Source: Candidatus Woesearchaeota archaeon B3_Woes
GTDB lineage: Archaea; Nanobdellota; Nanobdellia; Woesearchaeales; B3-WOES
NCBI GenBank assembly: GCA_005222965.1
Contig: NJBG01000001.1
Span: 82,323-146,322, forward strand
Length of the DNA: 64,000 bases
Direction: 5' to 3'
Shown: positions 1 to 9,008 of the stretch, piece by piece
Layout of the letters: each line of letters starts with the position of its first letter
Position numbering within the stretch: the first letter of the stretch is position 1
The notes under the pieces: generated by a model
What the model was told of the DNA's origin: nothing
Database searches by the model: none
Seen by the model: the letters and a program-made list of their open reading frames with translations, nothing else
Program-made: the position numbers and the translations under genes

Positions 1-350
1 CTTTTTATCTCTTCTAATCCTTTTTCAATATCACTAAAATTTTGTATAGCAGTAATAGAAATAACAATATCAAAAAAATTATCAGGGTAAGGGATATTCT
101 CAGCAGGTGCTTGTTTATATTCTATCTTATCTTTTTGTCGTGCTTTTTCTAATAATTTTTTAGAAGGATCAACACCATATCTTTTACACTGCCATGGTTC
201 TGTTGTCAAACCAGTGCCGCATCCAACATCTAATAATTTATCTTCAGAATTAATTTTTAAGTTTTTTTTAATCAATTCAATTTTCTTAAGCTGTTCTTCT
301 TTATGAAGCTCTTCATACCCTTGTGCTATTTCATCATAATAATTTGGCAT
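1..350 (-). CDS. Class I SAM-dependent methyltransferase; N-terminal part only, the C-terminus runs past the window edge
   Basis: Minus-strand translation from ATG at 350 gives MPNYYDEIAQGYEELHKEE...LLDVGCGTGLTTEP (motif I) ...DIVISITAIQNF. The gene leaves the window at position 1. Confidence 0.6.
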   Translation of the reverse strand, partial: MPNYYDEIAQGYEELHKEEQLKKIELIKKNLKINSEDKLLDVGCGTGLTTEPWQCKRYGVDPSKKLLEKARQKDKIEYKQAPAENIPYPDNFFDIVISITAIQNFSDIEKGLEEIK

Positions 351-360
351 TTTAATAATA

Positions 361-432
361 TGCGGCAGCCGAGATTTGAACTCGGGTCACAACGTTGGCA
401 ACGTCATATACTAACCACTATACTACTGCCGC
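361..432 (-). tRNA. tRNA-Gly (anticodon GCC)
   Basis: Reverse complement is GCGGCAG-TA-GTAT-AGTGGTTA-GTAT-A-TGACG-TTGCCAA-CGTTG-TGAC-CCGAG-TTCAAAT-CTCGG-CTGCCGC-A. It folds as a cloverleaf with a 7-bp acceptor, TTCAAAT T-loop, U33 and GCC anticodon. No CCA is encoded. Confidence 0.85.
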
Positions 433-445
433 AATAAAATAGTAA

Positions 446-548
446 TGGGCCCGGCCAGACTTTCTGAGATGAAGAAAAACTTCAATCTTTTCGAACTGGC
501 GACCTACGCCTTGTAAGGGCGTCGTTATAGCCACTAAACCACGAGCCC
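446..548 (-). tRNA. tRNA-Val (anticodon TAC) with a ~30-nt insert in the T-loop, likely a non-canonical intron
   Basis: Reverse complement is GGGCTCG-TG-GTTT-AGTGGCTA-TAAC-G-ACGCC-CTTACAA-GGCGT-AGGTC-GCCAG-TTCGAAA-[AGATTGAAGTTTTTCTTCATCTCAGAAAGT]-CTGGC-CGGGCCC-A. All arms pair, and the acceptor has one G-U. About 30 nt containing a TGAAG/CTTCA hairpin sit between the T-loop and the 3' T-stem strand. Confidence 0.6.
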
Positions 549-595
549 GTTTTAAAGAACGGATAACAAACCTCTTTAAAAATGTTTTGGAAAGT

Positions 596-940
596 TTATT
601 TTATTGTTTTTATCTTAAAATAATATTCAAGATTATCTTCATCATGATGTCTGCTTATTTCTAAATCAGCTGTTGATCTTACACTTGTTTTTTTTGCTAA
701 GTCTTTTTTTAGCTGTTTTACATTATCGTAATTTTTAATGACTAATAATTTATCTGCATCTTTCCCATCTAATTTAATAACATCTGTTCTGAAAACAGTT
801 TTATTGTAACCATCAACATCCGCTTCATAAAAAACCCAATTTTTGATTGTAATTTTGAAGTCCTTGTCTAAAGGAAGAATTAAATATTCATCAAAATTAA
901 ACTTTTTTTGCGGTTTAGCGTATTTCCATTTCTTTTGCAT
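596..940 (-). CDS. Hypothetical protein (114 aa)
   Basis: ORF with charged, helical-looking sequence. No recognisable motif. Confidence 0.4.
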   Translation of the reverse strand: MQKKWKYAKPQKKFNFDEYLILPLDKDFKITIKNWVFYEADVDGYNKTVFRTDVIKLDGKDADKLLVIKNYDNVKQLKKDLAKKTSVRSTADLEISRHHDEDNLEYYFKIKTIK

Positions 941-1106
941 TGTAAAAAATATAATTGTTAGTTATTTTTAAGTTTTCCGTATTTCTATTTCAATTTTATC
1001 TAAACTATTAAATTATGAGTTTTGCATTTGCCATTTGACATGGACACCTAAAACATATAAATATAAAATCATTTACATAGTTTAAATTGATTACACTTGT
1101 AATATA

Positions 1107-1787
1107 ATGATTTCAACAAAAAACACAGTAAAAAAACAAAGTATTAGTATTCCTTATAAAAAATGCGATAAGTTGGCTTTACTTTACGGAATTATATTAG
1201 GGGATGGGTGTTTATCAAGAATAAAAAGAAGTTATTTTATTTCAATTGCAGGGAGTATTAAGGATGATTTAATATTTTTTGAAAAAGTAATTGTTCCTAT
1301 ATTAAAAGATTTGATAAATAAAGAGATACCAATTAGAATAAGAATAAAACAAAGAGAATTGCATATTCTATTTTCACATAAAGTCCTTTTCAATAAATTA
1401 AAAGATAAAGGATTTCCCATTGGAAAGAAAGGAACTAAATTAAAAATTTCAGAGAAATTTAATAAAAATGACATTAAATATATTATTCAAGGTTATTTTG
1501 CAACAGATGGTTGCTTGGTTTTAACAAAAAACCCCAATAAGTTATACCCCAGGATAGAATTTTCAAGTATTTCAAAAGGATTATTATCTCAAGTATTAGT
1601 ATATCTCAAAAATTTAGAAATGAATGGTAATATCTATATAAGCCATAAATATTCAAATAAAAATTGGAATACTTTGTACAGATTACAATTTAATGGTAAG
1701 AATAATCTTAAGATATTTGAGCATAAAATAGGTTTTATTAATCCAAAACACAAAACAAAATATGAATCTTTCTTAAGAATAAAATAA
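1107..1787 (+). CDS. LAGLIDADG homing endonuclease, double-motif, free-standing
   Basis: Two LAGLIDADG-type motifs: LALLYGIILGDGCL near the N-terminus and YIIQGYFATDGCLVL about 110 aa later. The size (226 aa) is typical for a monomeric two-domain enzyme. Confidence 0.75.
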   Translation: MISTKNTVKKQSISIPYKKCDKLALLYGIILGDGCLSRIKRSYFISIAGSIKDDLIFFEKVIVPILKDLINKEIPIRIRIKQRELHILFSHKVLFNKLKDKGFPIGKKGTKLKISEKFNKNDIKYIIQGYFATDGCLVLTKNPNKLYPRIEFSSISKGLLSQVLVYLKNLEMNGNIYISHKYSNKNWNTLYRLQFNGKNNLKIFEHKIGFINPKHKTKYESFLRIK

Positions 1788-1789
1788 AG

Positions 1790-1934
1790 TGGCGGGAGCG
1801 AGATTTGAACTCGCGACTTCTACGTAACTCAGTTTGGATGCGATTAATCATTTCCAAAAGGATCATCGCTCAAACACATGAGCATTGCCAAGCAAATGCT
1901 TTGTAGCACTCTAGCCAGACTGAGCTACCCCGCC
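1790..1934 (-). tRNA. Intron-containing tRNA (145 nt, ~71-nt intron); anticodon unresolved, GCA/Cys if spliced at canonical 37/38
   Basis: Reverse complement has a perfect 5' half (GGCGGGG-TA-GCTC-AGTCTGGCTA-GAGT-G-CTACA...) and 3' half (...ACGTAG-AAGTC-GCGAG-TTCAAAT-CTCGC-TCCCGCC-A). A ~71-nt insert lies between them with hairpins AGCATT/AATGCT and TTTGGA/TCCAAA. It contains C-box-like AUGAUUA and GAUGAUC and a terminal CUGA. Confidence 0.7.
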
Positions 1935-1955
1935 AAACAATAATTCTAGAAGAAA

Positions 1956-2369
1956 TTATTCATTTAAAAAAGCTTCTATTTTTTTCCTGTACTCGTCCAT
2001 TTCGTTTTCTTCATACTTTCCCTGAGGCCAAAGTTCTAATCCATCACCTTTAAACCTTGGGATGATGTGGGTATGAAGATGCATAACCAATTGACCAGCA
2101 GATTCTCCATTATTAGAAGTTATAGTTAATCCGTCTGCATTTGTTGCTTTTTTTACAGCAAATGATAATTTCTTAACAGCCTTAGCAACTTCACTAAAAT
2201 TATTTTCATCAACATCAAAGACATTCACATAATGTTTTTTAGGTACAACCAACGCATGGCCTTTATGCACTGGCGCAATATCTAAAAAAGCCAAAACATT
2301 TTCGTTTTCATATAGTTTTGAACAAGGAATCTCTCCTTTAATTATTTTGCAGAACAAACAATCATACAT
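1956..2369 (-). CDS. HIT-family (histidine triad) nucleotide hydrolase
   Basis: Histidine triad HLHTHII and typical HIT N-terminus CLFCKII. Confidence 0.8.
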   Translation of the reverse strand: MYDCLFCKIIKGEIPCSKLYENENVLAFLDIAPVHKGHALVVPKKHYVNVFDVDENNFSEVAKAVKKLSFAVKKATNADGLTITSNNGESAGQLVMHLHTHIIPRFKGDGLELWPQGKYEENEMDEYRKKIEAFLNE

Positions 2370-3006
2370 TTAAATCACCCAAAATCTTTTTTATTTGCTT
2401 TAAACTATTAATATAATAATCTGCTCCTTTAAATTTGTTTTTATACATAATAACATCAACTCTTGCTTTTTTACCAGCTTCAATATCTACTTTATCATCT
2501 CCTACATATAATACTTCTGATTTTCTTAAACCTAATTTCTTAACAGCTAAATTTATTGGATATGGATCTGGTTTATGTTTTTTCATATGCTCTGAAGTTA
2601 AAATAACATCAAAATATCCTTTTATTTTAAAATAATCTAATATTTGATATGTTGTATCACTTCTATTAGTTACTATTGCTATCTTATAACCATTGTTTTT
2701 AAGAAATCTAAACAGTGTTTTCGTATTTTTTGAAATTTTTATAAATTTCAAATATTTCCTAAAATCAATGCTGTGTTTGTATTCTAAAAATTCTTTTTTG
2801 TTTATACTCGAAAAAAAGACAGGATACTGGTCTTCTTCACATAAAGTATACAACAATCTTTGTTTTTTTCCTTTTGGAAATTTTATATTGAAATGTTTAA
2901 AGATTAGTTTATCATAAGCCAATACTTGTTTTATAGAACTAATTACAACGTTATCAAAATCAAATATTATTGCTTTTATCATTTTAAACTTTTTTAAACC
3001 ATTCAA
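2362..3006 (-). CDS. HAD-superfamily hydrolase
   Basis: Motif I IIFDFDNVV (DxDxV), later VTNRSD, and C-terminal GDD. Confidence 0.65.
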   Translation of the reverse strand: MNGLKKFKMIKAIIFDFDNVVISSIKQVLAYDKLIFKHFNIKFPKGKKQRLLYTLCEEDQYPVFFSSINKKEFLEYKHSIDFRKYLKFIKISKNTKTLFRFLKNNGYKIAIVTNRSDTTYQILDYFKIKGYFDVILTSEHMKKHKPDPYPINLAVKKLGLRKSEVLYVGDDKVDIEAGKKARVDVIMYKNKFKGADYYINSLKQIKKILGDLNV

Positions 3007-3898
3007 TTGTTTCTTTTAAACCGCTTTTCAGATCGTGTTCTGGTTTCCAATTAAGCTCTTTTTCTGCTAAAGTTGTGTCTAAAAAAATATCTTTAACTTC
3101 CCCTTTTATTTCTTCAATATAATTTGGTTTTTCTTTAAAATTTGTTAATTCCTTTAATATATTAAATACTTCATTAACACTAACTTGCTTTCCATTAGCT
3201 AAATTGAATAATTTGTGTTTTGGATTTTTATTTATACTTTCAACTATAAACTTTACCAAATCAATAACATAAATAAAATCTCTTGTTTGTGTCCCATCCC
3301 AAAAAATGGTAGGTATTTTTCCTTTAATCATTTTTTCTATAAAAACTGAGATTAATCTTTTATTACTTGGGTCATCTCTCATACCATAAACATTTCCAAA
3401 ACAAAAGATAATATAATCTAAATTGTATAATTGATTATAAATCCGTATATAGTGTTCTGCTGTATGTTTAGAAATTCCATAAGGAGAACAGGGATTTAAA
3501 GGATGTTTTTCATCTACAGGAAGATATTCTGGTTCACTAACTCTTGCCCCTCCTGTTGACGTATATATGATTTTTTTTACATTATTTTTCCTACACGCTT
3601 CTAGTATATTTATTGTTCCAATAACATTTATTTGAGCATCCTTCATAGGATCTTTTAATGATTCTCTTAACATAACATGAGCAGCAGTATGAATCACAAT
3701 TTCTGGCTTCTCTTTTTCAAAAATAGGATTTATATCTTCTGTAATATCTGCTTTATAAAATTTTGATTGTTTATTTATGTACTCTTTTTTTCCAGTACTT
3801 AAATCATCAACTATAATAACTTTCTCTCCTCTTTTTATAAGAATATCTACTATGTGACTTCCAATAAAACCTGCTCCACCTGTAACTAATATTTTCAT
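2984..3898 (-). CDS. NAD-dependent sugar epimerase/dehydratase (UDP-glucose 4-epimerase-like SDR)
   Basis: N-terminal Rossmann motif VTGGAGFIGSHIV and catalytic YGISK (YxxxK). Confidence 0.8.
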   Translation of the reverse strand: MKILVTGGAGFIGSHIVDILIKRGEKVIIVDDLSTGKKEYINKQSKFYKADITEDINPIFEKEKPEIVIHTAAHVMLRESLKDPMKDAQINVIGTINILEACRKNNVKKIIYTSTGGARVSEPEYLPVDEKHPLNPCSPYGISKHTAEHYIRIYNQLYNLDYIIFCFGNVYGMRDDPSNKRLISVFIEKMIKGKIPTIFWDGTQTRDFIYVIDLVKFIVESINKNPKHKLFNLANGKQVSVNEVFNILKELTNFKEKPNYIEEIKGEVKDIFLDTTLAEKELNWKPEHDLKSGLKETIEWFKKV

Positions 3899-4536
3899 TT
3901 TAAGTTTTCTTTTAACTCACTCAAACTAGAAATCTTATTTTCAAACTCTCTGCTTCCGCGTCTGTCAACTAATATTGCTTTTATTCCTGCGTTTTCTGCA
4001 CTTTTAATATCTGAATCTATAGAATCTCCAACCATTACTGCTTCGCTTTTCTTAACCTTTAATTTCTTAAGAACATCTCCAAATGATTTTTTATTAGACT
4101 TTAAATTTCCAGTGTCACAACTTAAAACAATCTCATCAAAATATTCCTTTAATTTGTGCTTTTCCAAAACAGATTCTACTGAAAAAGGATCTGTATTTGC
4201 TATTAATACTAATTTGTAATCTTTTTTCAATTCTGTTAATACATCAATTGTATCATCATAAATAGTTGATAAAATTGTATTCTTATTCCACATCCCTATT
4301 AACTTCTCAACAACAAAATCCGGAACATTTAATTCAAATGCTTTTATAACCTCTTCAAATCCCTCTTTAAGGTCTTTAAATTTCTTTGTCATAAATACTT
4401 CTTCAAATTTAACAATATATTCAGAAAAATCCATATCCTCTAATCTTAAAATCCATTTGACTTGTTTAACAGGACTCCTAACTCCATTTTCTAATAAAGT
4501 TCCCCACAAATCAAAGAATATTAATTTAGTTGCCAT
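3895..4536 (-). CDS. HAD-like hydrolase
   Basis: N-terminal FFDLWGTLL (motif I variant), ANTD, and C-terminal VGDSIDSD. Confidence 0.55.
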   Translation of the reverse strand: MATKLIFFDLWGTLLENGVRSPVKQVKWILRLEDMDFSEYIVKFEEVFMTKKFKDLKEGFEEVIKAFELNVPDFVVEKLIGMWNKNTILSTIYDDTIDVLTELKKDYKLVLIANTDPFSVESVLEKHKLKEYFDEIVLSCDTGNLKSNKKSFGDVLKKLKVKKSEAVMVGDSIDSDIKSAENAGIKAILVDRRGSREFENKISSLSELKENLK

Positions 4537-4585
4537 TTAATTCCCCATCAATAACCAGTATATCATAATATAAAAATGTTTCTGA

Positions 4586-4969
4586 TTACTTAAGTCTTTT
4601 AGTTATACCAATTTTCTCATGACATTTTCCACATTCAAAAACATAAGAAGGTATTTTGTTAAGATTTTTTCTTTTAAATTCTGTTGTTGCTTCTCCTTCA
4701 AACCCACAATGAGGACATTTGTATATAATTTCTAATTGACTTTTTTCTTCGTGTTCCTGTTTTTCCTCAGAATAACCACATTCAGGACAAACATATTCCT
4801 TTGCCCTCATTTTTACTTTGCCTTTTTCAACAGGTTTGCCCATCTTTGCTTTTCCACACTCAGGACAATCCCTTTTATAAACCCATGCAACTGCATTTCC
4901 ATCATTGTCTAAACTTCTTCTTGTAAAATACAAACATTCTGCTGTTGATTCAGGCATTGTTAAACTCAT
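4586..4969 (-). CDS. Multi-zinc-ribbon protein (four CxxC pairs)
   Basis: CPECG...CPECG...CPHCG...CGKC. Confidence 0.5.
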   Translation of the reverse strand: MSLTMPESTAECLYFTRRSLDNDGNAVAWVYKRDCPECGKAKMGKPVEKGKVKMRAKEYVCPECGYSEEKQEHEEKSQLEIIYKCPHCGFEGEATTEFKRKNLNKIPSYVFECGKCHEKIGITKRLK

Positions 4970-5091
4970 TATATCACCAAAATAATATTAAATGAATTGT
5001 TTTAAATACTTTTCGATTTGTAAAAAGTAGTGACAACACCGTCTAGAAATATACCAAAACCTTTATATATTAGTTTATAATAACCTTTTTT

Positions 5092-5649
5092 ATGGTGGTG
5101 GATACAGTATATAATCAATTAGGTTTAGTAGATAAATTAACTCTTGATGATGGAGACCATGTAGAAATTATTAGACCTTCTCAAGATGGTGTTTCTTTTA
5201 AATCTCTTATGGATGGGTCAGGAAATAATATATGGTCTTATCGAAACGAAGATACAAGAGAACTTGATAGAAGATTTGGGTTAACAGGGGAATCAATGTT
5301 AGTAGAAGAAGCTATAAAAAGACTAACAGGGGACGAAAGTTTTATTTCATATGATTATTTACAAAAATGTGATTTAGGTAATCCAAAAGTTGCAACTACT
5401 TTAGGTTTTTTTGTAAAAATGGCATTACTTAATGGAAATTTCTTAGGTTACAATGCAAGAGATATTATATTAGAAGGAGTACCTTATTTTCATCCAGAAC
5501 TTGCATTAGAACATACTAATGGGAGTCAACAACCTTATCTTGTACAAAAAAGGGTATATGATGAGTTTCCTCTTTTTCCTAGAGGGTTACCAGACGAATT
5601 TGTAAATCTACATATGCAATCTATTAATCAATTTTCTAGAGCTATTTAA
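5092..5649 (+). CDS. Hypothetical protein (185 aa) with locally elevated GC
   Basis: Long ORF with no recognised motif. Composition differs from its neighbours. Confidence 0.45.
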   Translation: MVVDTVYNQLGLVDKLTLDDGDHVEIIRPSQDGVSFKSLMDGSGNNIWSYRNEDTRELDRRFGLTGESMLVEEAIKRLTGDESFISYDYLQKCDLGNPKVATTLGFFVKMALLNGNFLGYNARDIILEGVPYFHPELALEHTNGSQQPYLVQKRVYDEFPLFPRGLPDEFVNLHMQSINQFSRAI

Positions 5650-5650
5650 T

Positions 5651-6250
5651 CTATCTACTAGAATCAGCTTGTCTTTCAATTTCTAATTTCTTTGTAATAG
5701 CATTAGAATTATTGCTTAAATTAAAAGCATTAATAATCTCTTCTGATAAATATTCTTCAATAGATTTCTTAGAATTAAATGATTTATGATAAGCACCTTG
5801 TGTCATATATCTTAAAGCCAAGTCAATTCTCCTTTGTGGAGCACACTCAACTGCTTTTGGATATCTTGCTCCACCATATTCAATTGTTATGATTTCTTCA
5901 CGCTGAGCAGCATTTTCCAAAGCTTTAACAAAAACTTTTATTGGATTATCATTAGTTCTTTTTTCAATAAGTCCTAATGTTCTTTCAACAATATCATATG
6001 CTTTATGGCCTTTTCCAGTGGTTCTTCCGCTTGATTTAAAGTGTTTTCTGCTTTTATGTCCAGGAACCATAAGCTTGTTCATTAATCTCTCAACAATAAA
6101 TACTTTAGACTTATGAAACCTATTTCCAGCGTATTTTGCACCTGTTCTAGGAACAATTTTAGGACTTAAGGTTATATAATTTCTTAAACCAATATCTTCT
6201 ACTTTAATTCCTTCAGTAGACCATCTGTTAAAGGCTTTTATCTCATTCAT
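5651..6250 (-). CDS. rps7: 30S ribosomal protein S7 (uS7)
   Basis: S7 signature region and conserved S12-S7 gene pair with a 4-nt overlap. Confidence 0.85.
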   Translation of the reverse strand: MNEIKAFNRWSTEGIKVEDIGLRNYITLSPKIVPRTGAKYAGNRFHKSKVFIVERLMNKLMVPGHKSRKHFKSSGRTTGKGHKAYDIVERTLGLIEKRTNDNPIKVFVKALENAAQREEIITIEYGGARYPKAVECAPQRRIDLALRYMTQGAYHKSFNSKKSIEEYLSEEIINAFNLSNNSNAITKKLEIERQADSSR

Positions 6251-6684
6251 TTTCTAGCTTTCTCTATAATTCCTTTTCTTAAAGCAACTAAACTTTGATC
6301 ATTAACTTTAATAACCTGCCATCTAATACCTGACAAATCACCTTTTGATTTTCCTTTTGCTCCACCAATACACTCTACTACAACTTCATCGTGTTCGTCT
6401 ATTAACTTTGTAGCACCATCTCTTGGGGCAAAAGCAGTTATTTGTTTGCCGTTCTTTATTAACTGAACCCTAACGCACTTTCTCATAGCAGAATTAGGCT
6501 GTTTTGCTTCTAATTGTACTTTTTCTAATACAATACCTTTTGCTTGTGAAGCTCCGCCTAAAGGATCAGATTTTATCTTTAAACCAAGAGTTCTGCTTGC
6601 ATAATTTGAATTCATCCACCTGCCTTTAACCCTTCTCTTTCTAAGCTTGCTTCCCGCTCCCAATCCATTTGATTTTTTCCCCAT
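6247..6684 (-). CDS. rps12: 30S ribosomal protein S12 (uS12)
   Basis: Conserved [16 protein letters not shown] motifs typical of S12/S23e. Confidence 0.85.
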   Translation of the reverse strand: MGKKSNGLGAGSKLRKRRVKGRWMNSNYASRTLGLKIKSDPLGGASQAKGIVLEKVQLEAKQPNSAMRKCVRVQLIKNGKQITAFAPRDGATKLIDEHDEVVVECIGGAKGKSKGDLSGIRWQVIKVNDQSLVALRKGIIEKARK

Positions 6685-6762
6685 ATTAAGAGTGAAAATT
6701 TGAGGTATTTAAAAAGCTTTGTATTTAGAATTAATATAAAAAAATAAAGAAAAAGAAAAGAA

Positions 6763-7731
6763 TTATCTTTTCTTTAGTCTAATTACTAACACTACGCCTA
6801 CAATAATCACTACAAGATAAGCTAATCCTAGTAATAATGCAGCGCCATATTGGTCCATAAAGGTTTCTTCTTCAACTACTGCTGGAGTTGTAATAACTGG
6901 TGTTGTTGGTTCTTCTACTATTGTAACTTCTTCTTCCTCAGGTTCTTCTGTTGGACAATCTTCAACCTTTAATGTAAAGGGTTCTGTTTCTCGTTCATCT
7001 CCGTCATCATATTCAGCTTTAACATAGAATGTATATGTTTTTGCTGCTGCATCTGCTAAATCTAAGACAAATGATCTCCTTGTTTTTATGTCGTCTTCAT
7101 CATCACCAGCATCCAAATCAAATGATGATTTTTCGCTGATATCTAATTCTGTGTTATAAACAGTCATTTCAACGTCTTCATCGCTTGTACCAATATTCCA
7201 TAAAGTTACTGATACTTCTGTTGTTCTTGAGCATTTAAGTGTCTCATAATTAACAACAGGTTCTTTCATCATTAACTTATGTCTCTTTTTTTCAACATTT
7301 ACAGTAAAATTAAAAGTTTCTGTATATCTAGTGCCATTGTTTTCGTCATCACCTTCTACAGTTACATAAATGTCATAACTTTGGTCATCAACAGCCAATG
7401 GTATTTCAAACTCAAAATCTATACTGTCATCCACATTATATTCTAAATCATCAATATCATCGTCATCATCAAGGTCATCAGATCCTGAGTCATCAATATC
7501 TTTTATGACAACTTCAACATTAATGTCCTCAATATCAACATAAGTACCATTTTGATTATAAATATTAGTTACTTCCACTTCAACATCAAAAGAATCTCCT
7601 GGTTCAACATCATCATCAAAGCTTACATCTACTTCATAGTATATGCCTGTCTCAATTCCATCTGCAGAAACAATCCCTGCAAAACATACAACAAGCAATC
7701 CTATTAGTATACTTAATATTGTTTTTTTCAT
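6763..7731 (-). CDS. Secreted highly acidic surface protein with C-terminal transmembrane anchor
   Basis: N-terminal signal/TM, long D/E-rich body, then PTTPVITTPAVVEEETF, a hydrophobic helix and RLKKR. Confidence 0.6.
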   Translation of the reverse strand: MKKTILSILIGLLVVCFAGIVSADGIETGIYYEVDVSFDDDVEPGDSFDVEVEVTNIYNQNGTYVDIEDINVEVVIKDIDDSGSDDLDDDDDIDDLEYNVDDSIDFEFEIPLAVDDQSYDIYVTVEGDDENNGTRYTETFNFTVNVEKKRHKLMMKEPVVNYETLKCSRTTEVSVTLWNIGTSDEDVEMTVYNTELDISEKSSFDLDAGDDEDDIKTRRSFVLDLADAAAKTYTFYVKAEYDDGDERETEPFTLKVEDCPTEEPEEEEVTIVEEPTTPVITTPAVVEEETFMDQYGAALLLGLAYLVVIIVGVVLVIRLKKR

Positions 7732-8112
7732 TATATACTACCCCCATTAGGTTAATTTAAATTATAATAAAAGAGTAAAATAACTTCTCATATATAAATG
7801 TTTTGTTATTTCAGAGTAGTTAAAAATCATACTTTTCAAAAAGGCCAAATTATGAATTTTTCCATATGTATATATACTACAATATCTACCCTTTCCTAGA
7901 TGAACTCTGAAACAACACAAGAGGGATTTAATTCTTATATTGCTGATTTACCAGATAAAGAGCTATGTAAATATATGGAAAATATCCACGGAATTGTTAA
8001 TTTGTGTAATGCTCATTTTAAGTGTAAATACCAGACAAAAATAAGCTTTCAGTTCAGGTTAAAAGCAAAACATGAATGTAAACGTCCACATTATATGAAA
8101 CTAAAGAAATTA

Positions 8113-8640
8113 TTATGACTTGTTCTCTGTGGTTTCTATTAAACATCCACAAGGAAGCTTTTTCTGAACTCTCTTAAGAGCTTCTCGTGCGGTTTTTAGG
8201 TCATTTTTATTTACTTTTAATCTGAATAATGTTTGGCCTTTCCTAACTTGTGCTGCAACACTATGTGGTTTTCCAAAACTATGGCTCATACCAGTACTAA
8301 ACCTATCAGCTCCAGCTCCAGCCGCCACTGGATTTTCTCTTGTAACGTGATGAGGATAAACCACTATACTTAATGCATATTCTTTTGTGCCAAGCTCTTT
8401 TTCTAATAATCTGTTAGAAGATTGTCTTGCTGATTCTATTGCATTATGTCTTATTTGTAAATCTGATTTAGATTTAAGATCTAGAATATAATTAAATTTT
8501 CTTGTTTTATTGCCCATGTTAAATCTAATAATAGTATGTCTCGGCTGAGCTTTAATAAAAGACTTTTTCTTATATTTTGATATTCTTGTATAAGGTCTTT
8601 CTATTCTCCTATATGATGTAAATTTTCTTAATCTTGCCAT
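8113..8640 (-). CDS. rpl10e: 50S ribosomal protein L10e (uL16)
   Basis: MARLRKFTSYRRIERPYTRISKYKKKSFIKAQP matches the L10e N-terminus. The track ORF begins 25 codons upstream at a hydrophobic, non-homologous Met. The true start is taken as ATG at 8640. Confidence 0.8.
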   Translation of the reverse strand: MARLRKFTSYRRIERPYTRISKYKKKSFIKAQPRHTIIRFNMGNKTRKFNYILDLKSKSDLQIRHNAIESARQSSNRLLEKELGTKEYALSIVVYPHHVTRENPVAAGAGADRFSTGMSHSFGKPHSVAAQVRKGQTLFRLKVNKNDLKTAREALKRVQKKLPCGCLIETTENKS

Positions 8641-8726
8641 AGAAGAGAGGGATTTTAAGCTATTTATAAAGTTTTCTATGTCTTTAAAACAAAAACATAT
8701 AAAAACCAATAGCATATTTTCTTATT

Positions 8727-9008
8727 ATGGATAAAATAACAGACGAAAAGCTTGAAAAATATTTTGAAGTTACATCTAAAGCTTTGGAAAAAGTAGAAGC
8801 TTCTTCAAATAAAACTTCTTTAGTTAAAGAAAGAGAAGATTTTCTTGATATGATTAAAAGGTATATTTCAGATGCTCAACATTTTAGAGAAAAAGAGGAT
8901 AAAATAAACGCTTTTGCAGCATTAAATTATGCTCATGGTTGGTTAGACGCAGGAGCAAGAATTGGTATATTTGATGTTCATGATTCTGAATTATTCACAG
9001 CAGATTAA
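8727..9008 (+). CDS. Small conserved archaeal protein (DUF357-like)
   Basis: 93-aa helical protein ending AALNYAHGWLDAGARIG. Confidence 0.45.
   Translation: MDKITDEKLEKYFEVTSKALEKVEASSNKTSLVKEREDFLDMIKRYISDAQHFREKEDKINAFAALNYAHGWLDAGARIGIFDVHDSELFTAD

Noticed and set aside
1232-1474. Antisense ORFs nested inside longer genes in the track (e.g. 1232..1474, 2435..2635, 2693..2917, 22364..22666, 29660..30058, 52290..52577, 61617..61832)
   Set aside because: Each lies fully inside a longer ORF with clear homology on the opposite strand. They are low-complexity or hydrophobic translations typical of AT-rich antisense frames.
7900-8118. 72-aa ORF between the acidic surface protein gene and rpl10e
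   Set aside because: Cys/His-rich but no pattern. It lies in what is more likely a promoter region. No support.
8641-8715. Upstream extension of the L10e ORF and, similarly, of S19e (25252..25323)
   Set aside because: The extensions are hydrophobic and non-homologous. Conserved N-termini begin at internal Met codons, and S19e has a GGAG motif just upstream.
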